From positions 217,270 through 281,269 of the IMG/VR virus record IMGVR_UViG_3300010158_000027: DNA of 64,000 nt; one strand, written 5' to 3'. Position 1 is the first letter of the stretch. The number at the start of each line of letters is the position of its first letter. Made by a program: the position numbers and the translations under genes. Of this stretch, positions 1 to 10,170 are shown piece after piece. The notes below the pieces were generated by a model. The model saw nothing but the letters and a program-made list of their open reading frames with translations, did no database searches and was not told the origin of the DNA.

Positions 1-291
1 TATCGAATCATATTCGGGATCGGTAGTGTAGTTAATGATGTCAATAACTCTAATAGTCTTAGATAAATCTTCACTATATTTAGATGTAAACTCTTGAAAA
101 ATGTCAGCAACCATCAATGGTTTATCCGAAGACGTTTTACCCTTTACGATAAAAAAATTCCTAACGTTTATTACTGAGATTTCAGTTTTGGCGTTAGGAA
201 CGGACTCATTTATTTTTTTCACTATAAGACTTGCAAAAATATTACAAAGGTTTTTGCCGTCTAAAAAGTTATAGTATTCTGTTGTATTCAT
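1..291 (-). CDS. 5' part of a gene running off the window; weak resemblance to the S-adenosylmethionine synthetase N-terminal domain
   Basis: ATG at 291 on minus, open to position 1 (MNTTEYYNFLDGKNLCNIFASLIV...FFIVKGKTSS); product guess is weak. Confidence 0.45.
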   Translation of the reverse strand, partial: MNTTEYYNFLDGKNLCNIFASLIVKKINESVPNAKTEISVINVRNFFIVKGKTSSDKPLMVADIFQEFTSKYSEDLSKTIRVIDIINYTTDPEYDSI

Positions 292-355
292 TTTTTTTTA
301 ATTGAACATTTATTTTAACAATGTTATGTAAAAAAAAATATAGGTTAAATACTAA

Positions 356-502
356 TTATTTTTTATTGTAATATTTTTCAACAATCTTAGTTACAGCCAC
401 CTTAACAGACTCGTTATTTTGTTGTTGTTGTGTTTGTGTTTGTTGTTGTTGTGTTTGAACTTGTGTTTGTTCGTTAGTTTTGTTTTTGCATCCGCACCCC
501 AT
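356..502 (-). CDS. small MGCGCK-start, Gln/Thr-rich protein (48 aa)
   Basis: Manual translation MGCGCKNKTNEQTQVQTQQQQ...YYNKK*; TATTTATA motif upstream on minus strand. Confidence 0.6.
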   Translation of the reverse strand: MGCGCKNKTNEQTQVQTQQQQTQTQQQQNNESVKVAVTKIVEKYYNKK

Positions 503-592
503 GATTAAATTTTTTAGTAAGTTTATCGTTATGTATATAAATATTTGATAACTATAAAAGAATCATTTGTAAATAGAAACTATTTATAGATT

Positions 593-1789
593 ATGGGATT
601 AAAAAATAACGTCAGAATGGTTTTAAGAGAGCAAGATGAGGAATGGGTGAGCGTTTCACCTGAAGAGTATATGGACTTGTTAAAGTACGTTAACGGTGAT
701 GGATCGATTATAAACCGACTACCAGACTATAAGGGTAAAAAAATTAAAATTGATGGTGATTTAAATTTAAGTTATAATGGTGACATAACAAATATTGATA
801 GTATTGATTACGTTGATGGAAATTTAGATATATCCAAAACGAATATAACTTATTTCGATAAAAATAAAGTTAAAGGTTGGTTCAGATATTATAGTAGTAG
901 AATGGAGCAAATCGAAAATAAAAAGATTTTAGATAAAAAACTTAAAGTCCTTAATGGGTATCGAGAGAATGGTGAATGGAATGTGGAAGATAATGACGAC
1001 GAGGTATCAAATGAAACGGAAGCTCTCTTTTTACATCTTATGGATATCGGATCTGTGGGTGAATATGAAAACGAAGAAGGGGAAACTGTACCTGAGGATA
1101 AATATTTTATTTGGACTGATAGTAATCATAAATATTATGAATGGCTTGGAGATGAAAATGGCGAAAGCGAATGGTTGGTGATACCGGATGATAAGATAGA
1201 TGATGTTGCTAGAGAATATCTGCAGGATAGGATTGATGAGTCAGGTTATGAAACGTTCAGATCGTATGTTTGGGAAAATAATTTAGACACAGATCGAGTT
1301 GACAAATGGTTATATGACTATTATTCGGATGATATAACAAATAATCCAGAGGAATTCGACATCCCAAAAACCCTTTCACATCAACAAAAAAACTACGTTA
1401 ATATTTATACACAAAAAATAGAAAAACTAAAAATCAGATTAAACGACGAGGAGTTAGACGAAAATCAAGTTGAAGAAATTGAAGATGAAATAACCGACAT
1501 CGAAGAAATTATTGAGGACATAAACGATTCTCCAGAGGGGGATTACGACGAGGCGGCTATTGAGGATGAAATAAATGGGCGAGTTAATGATGTTGGTTCT
1601 GATTTTTTAAGACACCTGAAGGATATGGGTTATGATGATGATTATTTTTTAGAATTCGTTGACATCGATGGTGTTATTACCGATATAATTAATGATGACG
1701 GTTATGGTAATATTTTTAATGGTTATGATGGTAGAGATGATGAATATAAGGTAAACAATAAGTGGTACCACGTAATGAGACAAAATTAA
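593..1789 (+). CDS. acidic hypothetical protein with leader ending VLRE
   Basis: 398-aa ORF; TATTTATA at 581-588. Confidence 0.8.
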   Translation: MGLKNNVRMVLREQDEEWVSVSPEEYMDLLKYVNGDGSIINRLPDYKGKKIKIDGDLNLSYNGDITNIDSIDYVDGNLDISKTNITYFDKNKVKGWFRYYSSRMEQIENKKILDKKLKVLNGYRENGEWNVEDNDDEVSNETEALFLHLMDIGSVGEYENEEGETVPEDKYFIWTDSNHKYYEWLGDENGESEWLVIPDDKIDDVAREYLQDRIDESGYETFRSYVWENNLDTDRVDKWLYDYYSDDITNNPEEFDIPKTLSHQQKNYVNIYTQKIEKLKIRLNDEELDENQVEEIEDEITDIEEIIEDINDSPEGDYDEAAIEDEINGRVNDVGSDFLRHLKDMGYDDDYFLEFVDIDGVITDIINDDGYGNIFNGYDGRDDEYKVNNKWYHVMRQN

Positions 1790-1793
1790 TTTT

Positions 1794-2222
1794 ATGAAGC
1801 AATTAATTAAAAAAATATTAAAAGAGGAATCGTTAAAGCATAATCTTAAACAACAGATTAAAGATTATGGTTGGGTAGATACTTCGCAAATGGTTAATGG
1901 ATCAAAAGAGTTGGCAAAATTGGCATTCAATAATGATCCAATGGGGTTTCTACATATGTTTGATGATTTGGATATGGTTCAGCGTAAGTTATCAGCAAAC
2001 TGGACTTTATTTAAACAAGAAAACGGAAATAATTTAATGTTGTTGGATAAAAAAATTATTTATATATCTTATGGTGATATTTGGTCATTTTTGACATATG
2101 GTTTTGGACTTAGAGATTCCCAAGTTAGGGACGTTATAAAGGTATGGTTGGGTGACGTGTACCATTTAAGGGGAATTACTATAGAGGCGGGATTTGATGA
2201 ATTATTCAGCCATATGCGTTAG
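1794..2222 (+). CDS. array-bearing paralog family member 1 (MKQLIKKILKEESLK...)
   Basis: Clear paralog of 17422, 59554 and 60769 (VNGSxELxKxxFxNDPMxFLHMF). Confidence 0.85.
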   Translation: MKQLIKKILKEESLKHNLKQQIKDYGWVDTSQMVNGSKELAKLAFNNDPMGFLHMFDDLDMVQRKLSANWTLFKQENGNNLMLLDKKIIYISYGDIWSFLTYGFGLRDSQVRDVIKVWLGDVYHLRGITIEAGFDELFSHMR

Positions 2223-2248
2223 TTGTGTAATTTAAAAGATTTATAATT
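2147..2248 (+). CRISPR. degenerate CRISPR-like repeat-spacer-repeat unit in gene 3' end
   Basis: GTTGGGTGACGTGTACCATTTAAGGGGAATTACTAT (2147-2182), 30-nt spacer, then a decayed repeat with AATTTAA in register. Confidence 0.4.
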
Positions 2249-2281
2249 TACACCCACAAATAGTTTTACTATAATTTATTA

Positions 2282-3028
2282 ATGAAAACAGATTGGTTAT
2301 TCCAGGAACCTATTGATTTAGAACATAAACAATATGTGCTTTTAGATTATCTACAAAAAATAGATAAAAATTTAAATAATTTAAAACTATATCCACAGTT
2401 CCAAGAGATATCGTTACATCTTGCCAGCATCAATTTATTAATCGAAAAGGGTCAATATCTAACAATGAATAGAGTATTGAAGGATCCCGACGATGAAATA
2501 TTATTATCAGATTTAGTTCCCGTCGATTGTCCACAACTAACCCAAGAAGAAATCATCGAAGTGTATCAGGTATGTAAGTACTCAACAGAAAACTTATCCG
2601 ACTATTTTAATCACGCAAAAGCAATCTGGGATATCGTTAATGATGCGGTAGCAATAGACGCAGCTCAAAACCCAAAAAACATTGAACCAAAACAGGGAAT
2701 TTTCTTTTTAACATATAAAAATAAAACGTACTTCTACGAGTTTATCATTAAATCAATTAAAAGAGGTAGTTTAGAAACCAAGTGTCACATAAAAAGAATA
2801 TGTGAATGTGATAAAGAAACGTTCAGACAAAAGATAAAAACGGTTAAAAACTCATTAATTAAAGATTTAAATGAAGAGTCCGTACACAAGCATTTAATAG
2901 TATTTGCTGTGAACCATAATAACGGTTATCCCCTAAAAGAAACCCTACTACCTATAGTTAAACGAAAAATCATGAATTATATGATACAATCAAAAAATAT
3001 TAGACATCGGAAATTGACAAGTAAGTGA
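2282..3028 (+). CDS. hypothetical protein
   Basis: 248-aa ORF. Confidence 0.75.
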   Translation: MKTDWLFQEPIDLEHKQYVLLDYLQKIDKNLNNLKLYPQFQEISLHLASINLLIEKGQYLTMNRVLKDPDDEILLSDLVPVDCPQLTQEEIIEVYQVCKYSTENLSDYFNHAKAIWDIVNDAVAIDAAQNPKNIEPKQGIFFLTYKNKTYFYEFIIKSIKRGSLETKCHIKRICECDKETFRQKIKTVKNSLIKDLNEESVHKHLIVFAVNHNNGYPLKETLLPIVKRKIMNYMIQSKNIRHRKLTSK

Positions 3029-3203
3029 TAATTTAGTATCATTAAATTAAAAAATTATGGAAAAAATTGATGTATTAGTTTTAGAGCAAATGATTAAAGA
3101 AATCCCCAACGATATGGATTTAGGTAGACAAATCAGAAAGATGGTTTTAAGTATTAAAAATGGGAGTACCGATATTAATAACACACCAAAATAAATAAAA
3201 GAT

Positions 3204-3422
3204 ATGGAACAAGTAAATCACCCTGACCATTACCGATTTGGTAAGGATAATGAATATGAAGCGATTAAAGTGATTGATGCTTGGGGATTGGGATTCTCAC
3301 TGGGTAATACGGTGAAGTATATCTCAAGAGCTGGTAAGAAAGACCCCACTAAAGAGTTAGAAGATTTAAAGAAAGCTAAATTTTATTTAGAACATCACAT
3401 AAACACATTAGAAAACAAATAA
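3204..3422 (+). CDS. DUF3310 (SaV-like) protein
   Basis: VNHPDHY...GNTVKYISRAGKK...EDLKKAKFYL signature. Confidence 0.85.
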   Translation: MEQVNHPDHYRFGKDNEYEAIKVIDAWGLGFSLGNTVKYISRAGKKDPTKELEDLKKAKFYLEHHINTLENK

Positions 3423-3424
3423 AG

Positions 3425-3631
3425 ATGACACTAACGGAGGAACAAAAAAATCAGATACTTAATCTGTATGAAGGATTAAAAAATGACGAACAAACACTTG
3501 GCGAGGTACATGAAATCATTGTGGACTTTTGTCTCGACCAAGACATCGTTGATTTATCAGATGATGAAAACGGGGATATGTACGAGGAGTTTTCAAATAA
3601 CACGTGGGATTATTTAGAGAGCATTAAATAA
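3425..3631 (+). CDS. hypothetical protein
   Basis: ORF in tight operon. Confidence 0.65.
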   Translation: MTLTEEQKNQILNLYEGLKNDEQTLGEVHEIIVDFCLDQDIVDLSDDENGDMYEEFSNNTWDYLESIK

Positions 3632-3643
3632 AAAAATAAAATT

Positions 3644-4006
3644 ATGAGAAAAGATGTAGATAAAACATTAACAGAAATTTCACAAGATATTGTTGAATTG
3701 GTTTTAGGTAATAACAATGATAATAGTTTGGAAGTAGAAAAAGTTAGGGGATATTTGATGGATATTTTTGGTTATGATGCTAATTATAAACTTCACATAC
3801 ACACAGAAATTCCATTTGAATATGAAGAAAATTATACATTATTAAGAGATTTGAATGAAGGTGATGTATTCATTACTAAAGCAAATACGGTTTCAATGTA
3901 TTTAAAATGTGTTGGTGACGATAAACATATATTGAGAAATATAAATAGTTGTGATGAATATGAAGTACCACATGGTAAATTTCCAGTGTTTAAAAAAATT
4001 AATTAA
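3644..4006 (+). CDS. hypothetical protein
   Basis: ORF in tight operon. Confidence 0.65.
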   Translation: MRKDVDKTLTEISQDIVELVLGNNNDNSLEVEKVRGYLMDIFGYDANYKLHIHTEIPFEYEENYTLLRDLNEGDVFITKANTVSMYLKCVGDDKHILRNINSCDEYEVPHGKFPVFKKIN

Positions 4007-4008
4007 TT

Positions 4009-4206
4009 ATGAAACATTTTGATGATTTAAAATATATTGATTATGTGATTAGATTCACGAATCAACTTGATAGAACAAATGAATTAATGTTAGTTTGTTT
4101 GAACGTTATGAAAGATGAACCAACATTGACAATACGTGAAGTGATTGAAAAATCATTATTTGGTTTAGATATAGAATTGAATGATTTATTAGTTGAAAAA
4201 TCTTAA
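4009..4206 (+). CDS. hypothetical protein
   Basis: ORF in tight operon. Confidence 0.6.
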   Translation: MKHFDDLKYIDYVIRFTNQLDRTNELMLVCLNVMKDEPTLTIREVIEKSLFGLDIELNDLLVEKS

Positions 4207-4230
4207 TTTGGAACACAAAAGTAGTATTGC

Positions 4231-4324
4231 TCCTAACAGCTGGGTGTATGAGAAGGTTTGCTTAGATGAACTTTAAAATTACCACTAAACTTGATAGCAA
4301 ACTTTCTTATACACCTTGTTAGCA
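4231..4324 (+). repeat. isolated attC-like recombination site, near-copy of 31412-31505
   Basis: TCCTAAC...GGTGTATGAGAAGGTTTGCT / AGCAAACTTTCTTATACACC...GTTAGCA imperfect inverted repeat; similarity to the 31.4 kb copy continues through the downstream promoter. Confidence 0.65.
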
Positions 4325-4373
4325 CCAGTACGGTGATTTTAATATAAAACTTGATTAATTGGAAAATAAGTAG

Positions 4374-4381
4374 TATATTTG
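4374..4381 (+). promoter_or_regulatory. Bacteroidota-type -7 promoter box TAnnTTTG (representative; also 13116, 31555, 33018, 34939, 43129 and others)
   Basis: TATATTTG or TACATTTG recurring shortly upstream of start codons; matches the known Bacteroidota primary-sigma consensus. Confidence 0.7.
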
Positions 4382-4395
4382 TAAAAAATAGAATT

Positions 4396-4548
4396 ATGGA
4401 AAATAAAATGGAGATTATTATTACAGATAAAGAAGGTGTTAGACAAGTATCTTCTTTTTCAGAAAACAAAATTAAACATATAACTGAAACCAATCAATGG
4501 GTAGATGTTATTAAAGAAATACTAAAACATATAAATAATAATGACTGA
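4396..4548 (+). CDS. hypothetical protein
   Basis: ATG at 4396 after promoter box. Confidence 0.5.
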   Translation: MENKMEIIITDKEGVRQVSSFSENKIKHITETNQWVDVIKEILKHINNND

Positions 4549-4753
4549 TATTAATACTTTCATACCATCATTTGGTAATTTTATGAGTTATTGTAGTGAA
4601 AGTGATATTGAAAAAGATTTATTTAAAGAAATTTTTTTTGAGTTTTTGGATAACCCAAAAAAATACAATAATTCAGAAATAATAAAAAAATATTTATCTG
4701 AAAAATTACCTATTAACTCATATATTCAATTAATCAATAAAATAAATTTATAA
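4541..4753 (+). CDS. hypothetical protein
   Basis: ORF in operon. Confidence 0.6.
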   Translation: MTDINTFIPSFGNFMSYCSESDIEKDLFKEIFFEFLDNPKKYNNSEIIKKYLSEKLPINSYIQLINKINL

Positions 4754-4756
4754 AAT

Positions 4757-5371
4757 ATGGAAAAAAAATTTAAAATACCAGAAAATGGGTTAATACCGTT
4801 TGCTGAACGTGGTCAAACTAAAATAAATACTGATGATTCTTTTGAGGCAGAACTTATTGATATCGATATTAAATGGATTGAAGATTGTTCAGATGAAGAA
4901 GTTGAAGAATTTAAAAATAAAGGGTTTGTTGAGAAAACAAACACCAATTACGATAAAAAGTTAGAAAAACTTAAATTAAAACTTCGTGATTCATTAAATA
5001 AATGTGATGTCAATTATGAAAAAAAACCTTATTTTATTAAAAGTTTAAATTTACCATATAAAACGAAAAATGGTGATTATGAACCTAATATTTACAATCA
5101 CCATTTTAATGATTTATCCTTTTGTAAGGAAATAGTGGATGAGACTGATAGTAGAAATCCAGATGATTGGGTTTATTACCCCATTGGGATGTTTTTAAAC
5201 CATAGAATATTTATGGATATTGAAAGTGAATATTCATACCAAGATATTATTAATTTTTTAGATTGGTTTGAAAATTACCTTAAATCTAACTACAAATTTG
5301 TTGGTGATAAAATTTTATTTGGTAATAAAATAGTTAAAATTGAAGAAGTTTTTAAAGTATGTGTAAACTGA
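4757..5371 (+). CDS. hypothetical protein
   Basis: 204-aa ORF. Confidence 0.7.
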   Translation: MEKKFKIPENGLIPFAERGQTKINTDDSFEAELIDIDIKWIEDCSDEEVEEFKNKGFVEKTNTNYDKKLEKLKLKLRDSLNKCDVNYEKKPYFIKSLNLPYKTKNGDYEPNIYNHHFNDLSFCKEIVDETDSRNPDDWVYYPIGMFLNHRIFMDIESEYSYQDIINFLDWFENYLKSNYKFVGDKILFGNKIVKIEEVFKVCVN

Positions 5372-5375
5372 AATT

Positions 5376-5849
5376 ATGGAAAATATATTAAAAAGACTTG
5401 AATATAAAATATTTAAGGAATATGGAAAAATAGTTGGTGTTGTAACCGATTATGTGTGGGATTACAAATCGTATCAGAAAGGTATTACTCAACTTGAACA
5501 TAATGAAACACTCAATAAATTTGTCTTATATTATATGAAAGAATTTAACTTAGATGTGGTTATAACATCTGGAGAAATTTGTACAATATTTGAAAATTTT
5601 GATAATTTTTATTTTATAGGTGAAAACGATGTATATAATTATCAAAGATATAAATCTGATATTAGTAAAGATTTTGAACCATTTTTTTTAATAAAAGAGG
5701 ATGGTAATAATATTGGAGTTGTGATTAAAACCAATTTTAGAATCAAATCACATCATATTATATTAACAAATACTGATGGTTCGAATTATAAAATAATTGA
5801 TGTTTGGAAATTACCAAACATTAAACTAATTGAATGTTTTAAAAACTAA
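5376..5849 (+). CDS. hypothetical protein
   Basis: 157-aa ORF. Confidence 0.7.
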   Translation: MENILKRLEYKIFKEYGKIVGVVTDYVWDYKSYQKGITQLEHNETLNKFVLYYMKEFNLDVVITSGEICTIFENFDNFYFIGENDVYNYQRYKSDISKDFEPFFLIKEDGNNIGVVIKTNFRIKSHHIILTNTDGSNYKIIDVWKLPNIKLIECFKN

Positions 5850-5854
5850 AAAAA

Positions 5855-6190
5855 ATGGAAAAAGAAAATTTAAAAAATGGGGTGTACCTCATAAAAGCGG
5901 ATAGTAAAGATTATAAATTAACAGAAGAACGTGAAAGTAAAATAAATTCACTTGAAATTAGTGGTGAACATAAAGAGTTTTTCAAAAACATCTTCAAAGA
6001 AGAACCAACACCAAAACCATCTGATTTATTAGTTGAACTTGTTGGTCAAAATCCATTTTTAAAAATAAAATCTGTAAAGAATGTTGACACTGGTGAAGAT
6101 ATAACTGAAAGATTTACTAGTAAAGATGTTGATGATGTTAATTGTTTATGGACATTAACTAAAAATTTAAAATGGGTTGACAATTTATGA
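5855..6190 (+). CDS. hypothetical protein
   Basis: 111-aa ORF. Confidence 0.65.
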   Translation: MEKENLKNGVYLIKADSKDYKLTEERESKINSLEISGEHKEFFKNIFKEEPTPKPSDLLVELVGQNPFLKIKSVKNVDTGEDITERFTSKDVDDVNCLWTLTKNLKWVDNL

Positions 6191-6275
6191 GAACGGAAAC
6201 AGAAATTAGAGAAAAATCGTTGTTTGGTTTAGATATACAATTAGATAATTCATTACTAAATTAAAAAAAAAAGAA

Positions 6276-7127
6276 ATGATAGAAACAGGAAAAATAATAA
6301 ATGGGGATTGTGTTGAAGTGATGAAAACATTACCTGAGGGGTCGGTTGATCTAGTTGTGACATCGCCCCCATACGGTGTTGGTATCGCTTACGACACTCA
6401 TGATGATGATGTTGAGTTTGAAGAGTATAAAGTATTTGCAAGAAACTGGTTAACAGAAGCATACAACGTACTAAAAGATGATGGGCGTATTGCATTGAAC
6501 ATTCCGTATGAAACCAATCGTCAGAAAAAGGGGGGACGTATCTTTTTTGTTTCTGAGATGTATCAGATCATGAAAGAGATTGGTTTTGGGTTTTTTGGTA
6601 TCGTTGATTTGGAGGAACAATCACCACATAGATCTAAAACGACAGCTTGGGGATCGTGGATGAGTCCTAGCTCGCCCTATATTTATAACCCGAAGGAGTG
6701 TGTAATATTGGCATACAAAAAACTACACATTAAAAAGGTTAAAGGGGAACCACAATGGAAGGGTACACCAACTGACATTGAGCAGGAGGACGGAACCATA
6801 AAAAAGAAAGTTGTGTATGAAGAAACGGATAAGAAAGAATTTATGGAACTTGTTTTTGGTCAGTGGAATTACTTTGCTGATACTAAATCACTCACCAAGG
6901 CGACATTCTCGATGGACATACCGACGAAAGCAATCAAAATATTGTCCTACAAAAACGATATAATTTTGGACCCATTTGCTGGAAGCGGAACTAGTTTGGT
7001 GGCTGCCGAAATCTTAGGGAGACGATGGTTGGGCATTGAGTTATCACCAAATTATGCTGAAGTGGCAAAAACTCGAGTTGAGTATTTTAAAAATTTACAA
7101 ACAGTAGTTGAAGAAATCCAAGAGTAA
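6276..7127 (+). CDS. DNA methyltransferase, N4-C/N6-A beta class
   Basis: TSPPY catalytic motif followed by DPFAGSGT SAM-binding motif. Confidence 0.92.
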   Translation: MIETGKIINGDCVEVMKTLPEGSVDLVVTSPPYGVGIAYDTHDDDVEFEEYKVFARNWLTEAYNVLKDDGRIALNIPYETNRQKKGGRIFFVSEMYQIMKEIGFGFFGIVDLEEQSPHRSKTTAWGSWMSPSSPYIYNPKECVILAYKKLHIKKVKGEPQWKGTPTDIEQEDGTIKKKVVYEETDKKEFMELVFGQWNYFADTKSLTKATFSMDIPTKAIKILSYKNDIILDPFAGSGTSLVAAEILGRRWLGIELSPNYAEVAKTRVEYFKNLQTVVEEIQE

Positions 7128-7151
7128 TCTTGGTTTTTTTGTTTTTAATGG

Positions 7152-7159
7152 TATTTATA
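7152..7159 (+). promoter_or_regulatory. phage-specific TATTTATA promoter-like motif (representative; also 581, 14795, 22272, 37208, 59541, 60754 and on minus strand)
   Basis: TATTTAT(A/T) recurring a few nt to ~40 nt upstream of ATGs, oriented with the gene on either strand. Confidence 0.65.
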
Positions 7160-7163
7160 TGGT

Positions 7164-8582
7164 ATGAAGATAATTATAACTGAAAGCCAATACAAACAAC
7201 TTATCAAAGAGTCTGGAATAAGAGACATAGGTAAGATTAGAGATAGATATAAAAAAGCTAAAATATATTTCCATCAAGATTTGGATGGTGTTACAACAGC
7301 TATCGCTATGAAAGCTTATTTGGAGAATCAAGGTATCAAAGTTGTTGATGCTGAAATTATCCAATACGGAGATAAGGAATGGTCGATAAAGAAACCGGAC
7401 GCTAGTGGTGATGTAATGCCTGTATTGGTGGATTTTGCTCACGGTAAACCAATGTTTGTTATTCATACTGATCACCACGATAGCCAAGCTGGTGTTGAAT
7501 CAGGAACGTCAACAAGTTTTAAAAGTTCAAGATCAAACGTTGAAACAATTTCGCAAAGTATATCACCAAAAGAATTATTTCCGAATGATGATATTATATT
7601 AATTTCAACTGTGGATTCTGCAAACTACGCAGTTCAAAACATTAGCCCTGAACAGGTAATGTCTTACTTATTTAAATTTGATAAAGATTCATCATTAAAA
7701 AGAAATAAAATGTTAATGGGGTTAGTAACAAACAAATTGTTATTAGCATTTAAAAACAAACCAGGGTTCTTAGAAACGTTGGTATTGGATTGTACCCCAT
7801 CATTATTAAACATATTGTTAAGAATCAAACAGATTGTCCAAGAAAAAGGATATGCTGACATTCCACAATTAGAAAAGAACAAAGAAGATTATGTATCTTC
7901 AATGAAGAGTCATAAAAACGTTGAAATGGTTGGAAATATTATCAAACAATATGGAGGGGGTTCTATGTTCAAACCGGGTTCATACGACAGATATACCCCA
8001 TTCAGAAACAATCCTGAAGCTGACTTTATAGTTCTTGCTTGGCCGATGGGATTGGTACAAGCGTCTTGTAATCCATTTAAAGAAAGTAGAGCATTGAAAG
8101 GTGTTAACTTAGGTGAGATTAAAGATGAGGTATTAAGTAGATGGGAATCACAATTAAAATCGAAAGAAATCCCCTTATCAACAATTAAATGGGTGTCTGA
8201 AAGTGGTATGAATTCTGAGTCAGTTGGATTTACATTTAAAGACTTTGTTGCGTTATATGGTGAAAAATTTAAACAAATGGGTAATGGACAGAAATTACTT
8301 GATATATTAGGTAATATAATGACTAAACCATTTAAATCATTATCACCAAAACAAATAGAGTTAATGGATAAAATAACTATTAATGCTTGGGATTTGATAC
8401 AATCTAACAGTGGGGGACACAAATGTATTACAAACATTTCAGGACTTAATTATTTAGGTCGACCGTCAAGACCTGGTAAAAATGATAAAGCGGAAGGTGA
8501 GGATTCTGCATCGGTTAAGTTTACTAAGATGATACAAGATCAATTTGTTAAAGTATTACAAGATAAAATAAATAACCAATAA
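7164..8582 (+). CDS. DHH-family phosphoesterase with MKIIITESQ leader
   Basis: HQDLDG, VDF, TDHH motifs and C-terminal SGGH (DHHA1-like). Confidence 0.75.
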   Translation: MKIIITESQYKQLIKESGIRDIGKIRDRYKKAKIYFHQDLDGVTTAIAMKAYLENQGIKVVDAEIIQYGDKEWSIKKPDASGDVMPVLVDFAHGKPMFVIHTDHHDSQAGVESGTSTSFKSSRSNVETISQSISPKELFPNDDIILISTVDSANYAVQNISPEQVMSYLFKFDKDSSLKRNKMLMGLVTNKLLLAFKNKPGFLETLVLDCTPSLLNILLRIKQIVQEKGYADIPQLEKNKEDYVSSMKSHKNVEMVGNIIKQYGGGSMFKPGSYDRYTPFRNNPEADFIVLAWPMGLVQASCNPFKESRALKGVNLGEIKDEVLSRWESQLKSKEIPLSTIKWVSESGMNSESVGFTFKDFVALYGEKFKQMGNGQKLLDILGNIMTKPFKSLSPKQIELMDKITINAWDLIQSNSGGHKCITNISGLNYLGRPSRPGKNDKAEGEDSASVKFTKMIQDQFVKVLQDKINNQ

Positions 8583-8633
8583 TTTGGTGGACATAAATGA
8601 ATGGTTTACTATATTTATAGTAAACCATTTTTT

Positions 8634-10088
8634 ATGCTTTTAACTAACGAGATTAAGATTAGGATCACTGGTAATGTGGGTGATTATTATAGAAAAAATA
8701 ACATTGATGTTAAGTTTAATGAATATAATGATTTGCCAATTGAGTTGGTTAATCCCCAAAGTCATTTAATTGTTGATGCGGTTTGTGATGTGTGTGGTAA
8801 AGAAGTAAAAATTCAATATAGAAGATATAATCAATCGGTTAATAAAGGTGGGTATTACACTTGTTCTGCTAAGTGTGGTAAAAACAAAATGGAGGAAACT
8901 TTTTTAAAGAAATACGGTTCTAAAAGTATATTTAAAACGGATGACTTTAAAGAGAAAAGTAAACAAAGTAATTTATTGAAATGGGGTTCTGAGCATTTTA
9001 GACAAAGTGAAAAATGGAAAAATGAAAGAGGGTTAGTTGAACAACAAAAAAGAAAAGACACTGTGTTTAATCAATTTTTAGTTGAAAACCCAAAAGTTAT
9101 TGGTCAAGATGAAAACCATTTTATTATTAAATGTGGTGTTCATGGGGAATCTAAAATACCTAAAAATTTATATTCTAATAGAAAGATTTGTAAAACTGAG
9201 TTTTGTTGTGAATGTAATCCAATTGATGGTAATATATCAGGGAAAGAGATTTTGTTATACAAATTAATCGGTGAATTATATGATGGAGAGATTATTCAAT
9301 CGTATAAAATAAATCGTAAAGAAATTGATGTTTATTTACCTGAATTAAAGATAGGGTTTGAATTTAATGGTTTAAGATGGCATTCTGAATTATTTGTTGA
9401 TAATGATTATCATATTAAAAAGACCACATTGTGCCGTGAGAATAATGTTAGATTAATACATGTTTTTGAAGATGACTTTGATTTTAAAATTGATATTGTA
9501 AAATCGATTATTGGTAACATTTTAAAAACATCTAACAAAATTTATGGTAGGAAAACAAATATTAGGGTAATCAAGGATAAAGAAATTGTTAAAGATTTTT
9601 TAAATAAAAATCACTTACAGGGGTTTGTTAATACGAATATGAATTATGGGTTATATTATAATGATGAACTGATATCATTAATGACTTTTATGAAAACAAG
9701 AAAGGTATTGAACAAATCACATAAAGATGGTGAATATGAATTAGTTAGATTTTGTAATAAAATTGGTACCTCAGTTGTGGGTGGAGCTTCTAAATTGTTT
9801 AAACAATTCATTAAAGATTATAACCCAAGTAGCGTTTTATCTTATTGTGATATATCTTGGGCTAATGGTGATTTATATAAAAATCTTGGTTTTGAATTAA
9901 TTGGGGTAAGTAAACCAAATTATTATTATGTTATTAATGGTAAGCGGGAAAATAGGATTAATTACCAAAAACATAAATTGGTTAAAAAGGGACATGATGT
10001 GAATTTGACTGAAGTGGAAATTATGTATGGGTTGGGTTATTATAGAATATTTAATTGCGGAAATGAGAAATATCTATATCTGAACTAA
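8634..10088 (+). CDS. free-standing (homing-type) endonuclease with Zn-finger, Vsr/PD-(D/E)xK-like core and C-terminal Hef-like domain
   Basis: CDVC...CSAKC; EIDVYLPELKIGFEFNGLRWH; ELVRFC...GGASKL...SYCD. Confidence 0.7.
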   Translation: MLLTNEIKIRITGNVGDYYRKNNIDVKFNEYNDLPIELVNPQSHLIVDAVCDVCGKEVKIQYRRYNQSVNKGGYYTCSAKCGKNKMEETFLKKYGSKSIFKTDDFKEKSKQSNLLKWGSEHFRQSEKWKNERGLVEQQKRKDTVFNQFLVENPKVIGQDENHFIIKCGVHGESKIPKNLYSNRKICKTEFCCECNPIDGNISGKEILLYKLIGELYDGEIIQSYKINRKEIDVYLPELKIGFEFNGLRWHSELFVDNDYHIKKTTLCRENNVRLIHVFEDDFDFKIDIVKSIIGNILKTSNKIYGRKTNIRVIKDKEIVKDFLNKNHLQGFVNTNMNYGLYYNDELISLMTFMKTRKVLNKSHKDGEYELVRFCNKIGTSVVGGASKLFKQFIKDYNPSSVLSYCDISWANGDLYKNLGFELIGVSKPNYYYVINGKRENRINYQKHKLVKKGHDVNLTEVEIMYGLGYYRIFNCGNEKYLYLN

Positions 10089-10170
10089 ATCCCCAATTTT
10101 AAATCCATACTTTTTACTTGTACTATAACCTCAAGGACGAATTCGTTAGAGTATTAAATTCTAAAATTGA

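Noticed and set aside
418-472. TTG/TTTGTG microsatellite-like tract
   Set aside because: Encodes the Gln/Thr run of the small minus-strand ORF 356-502.
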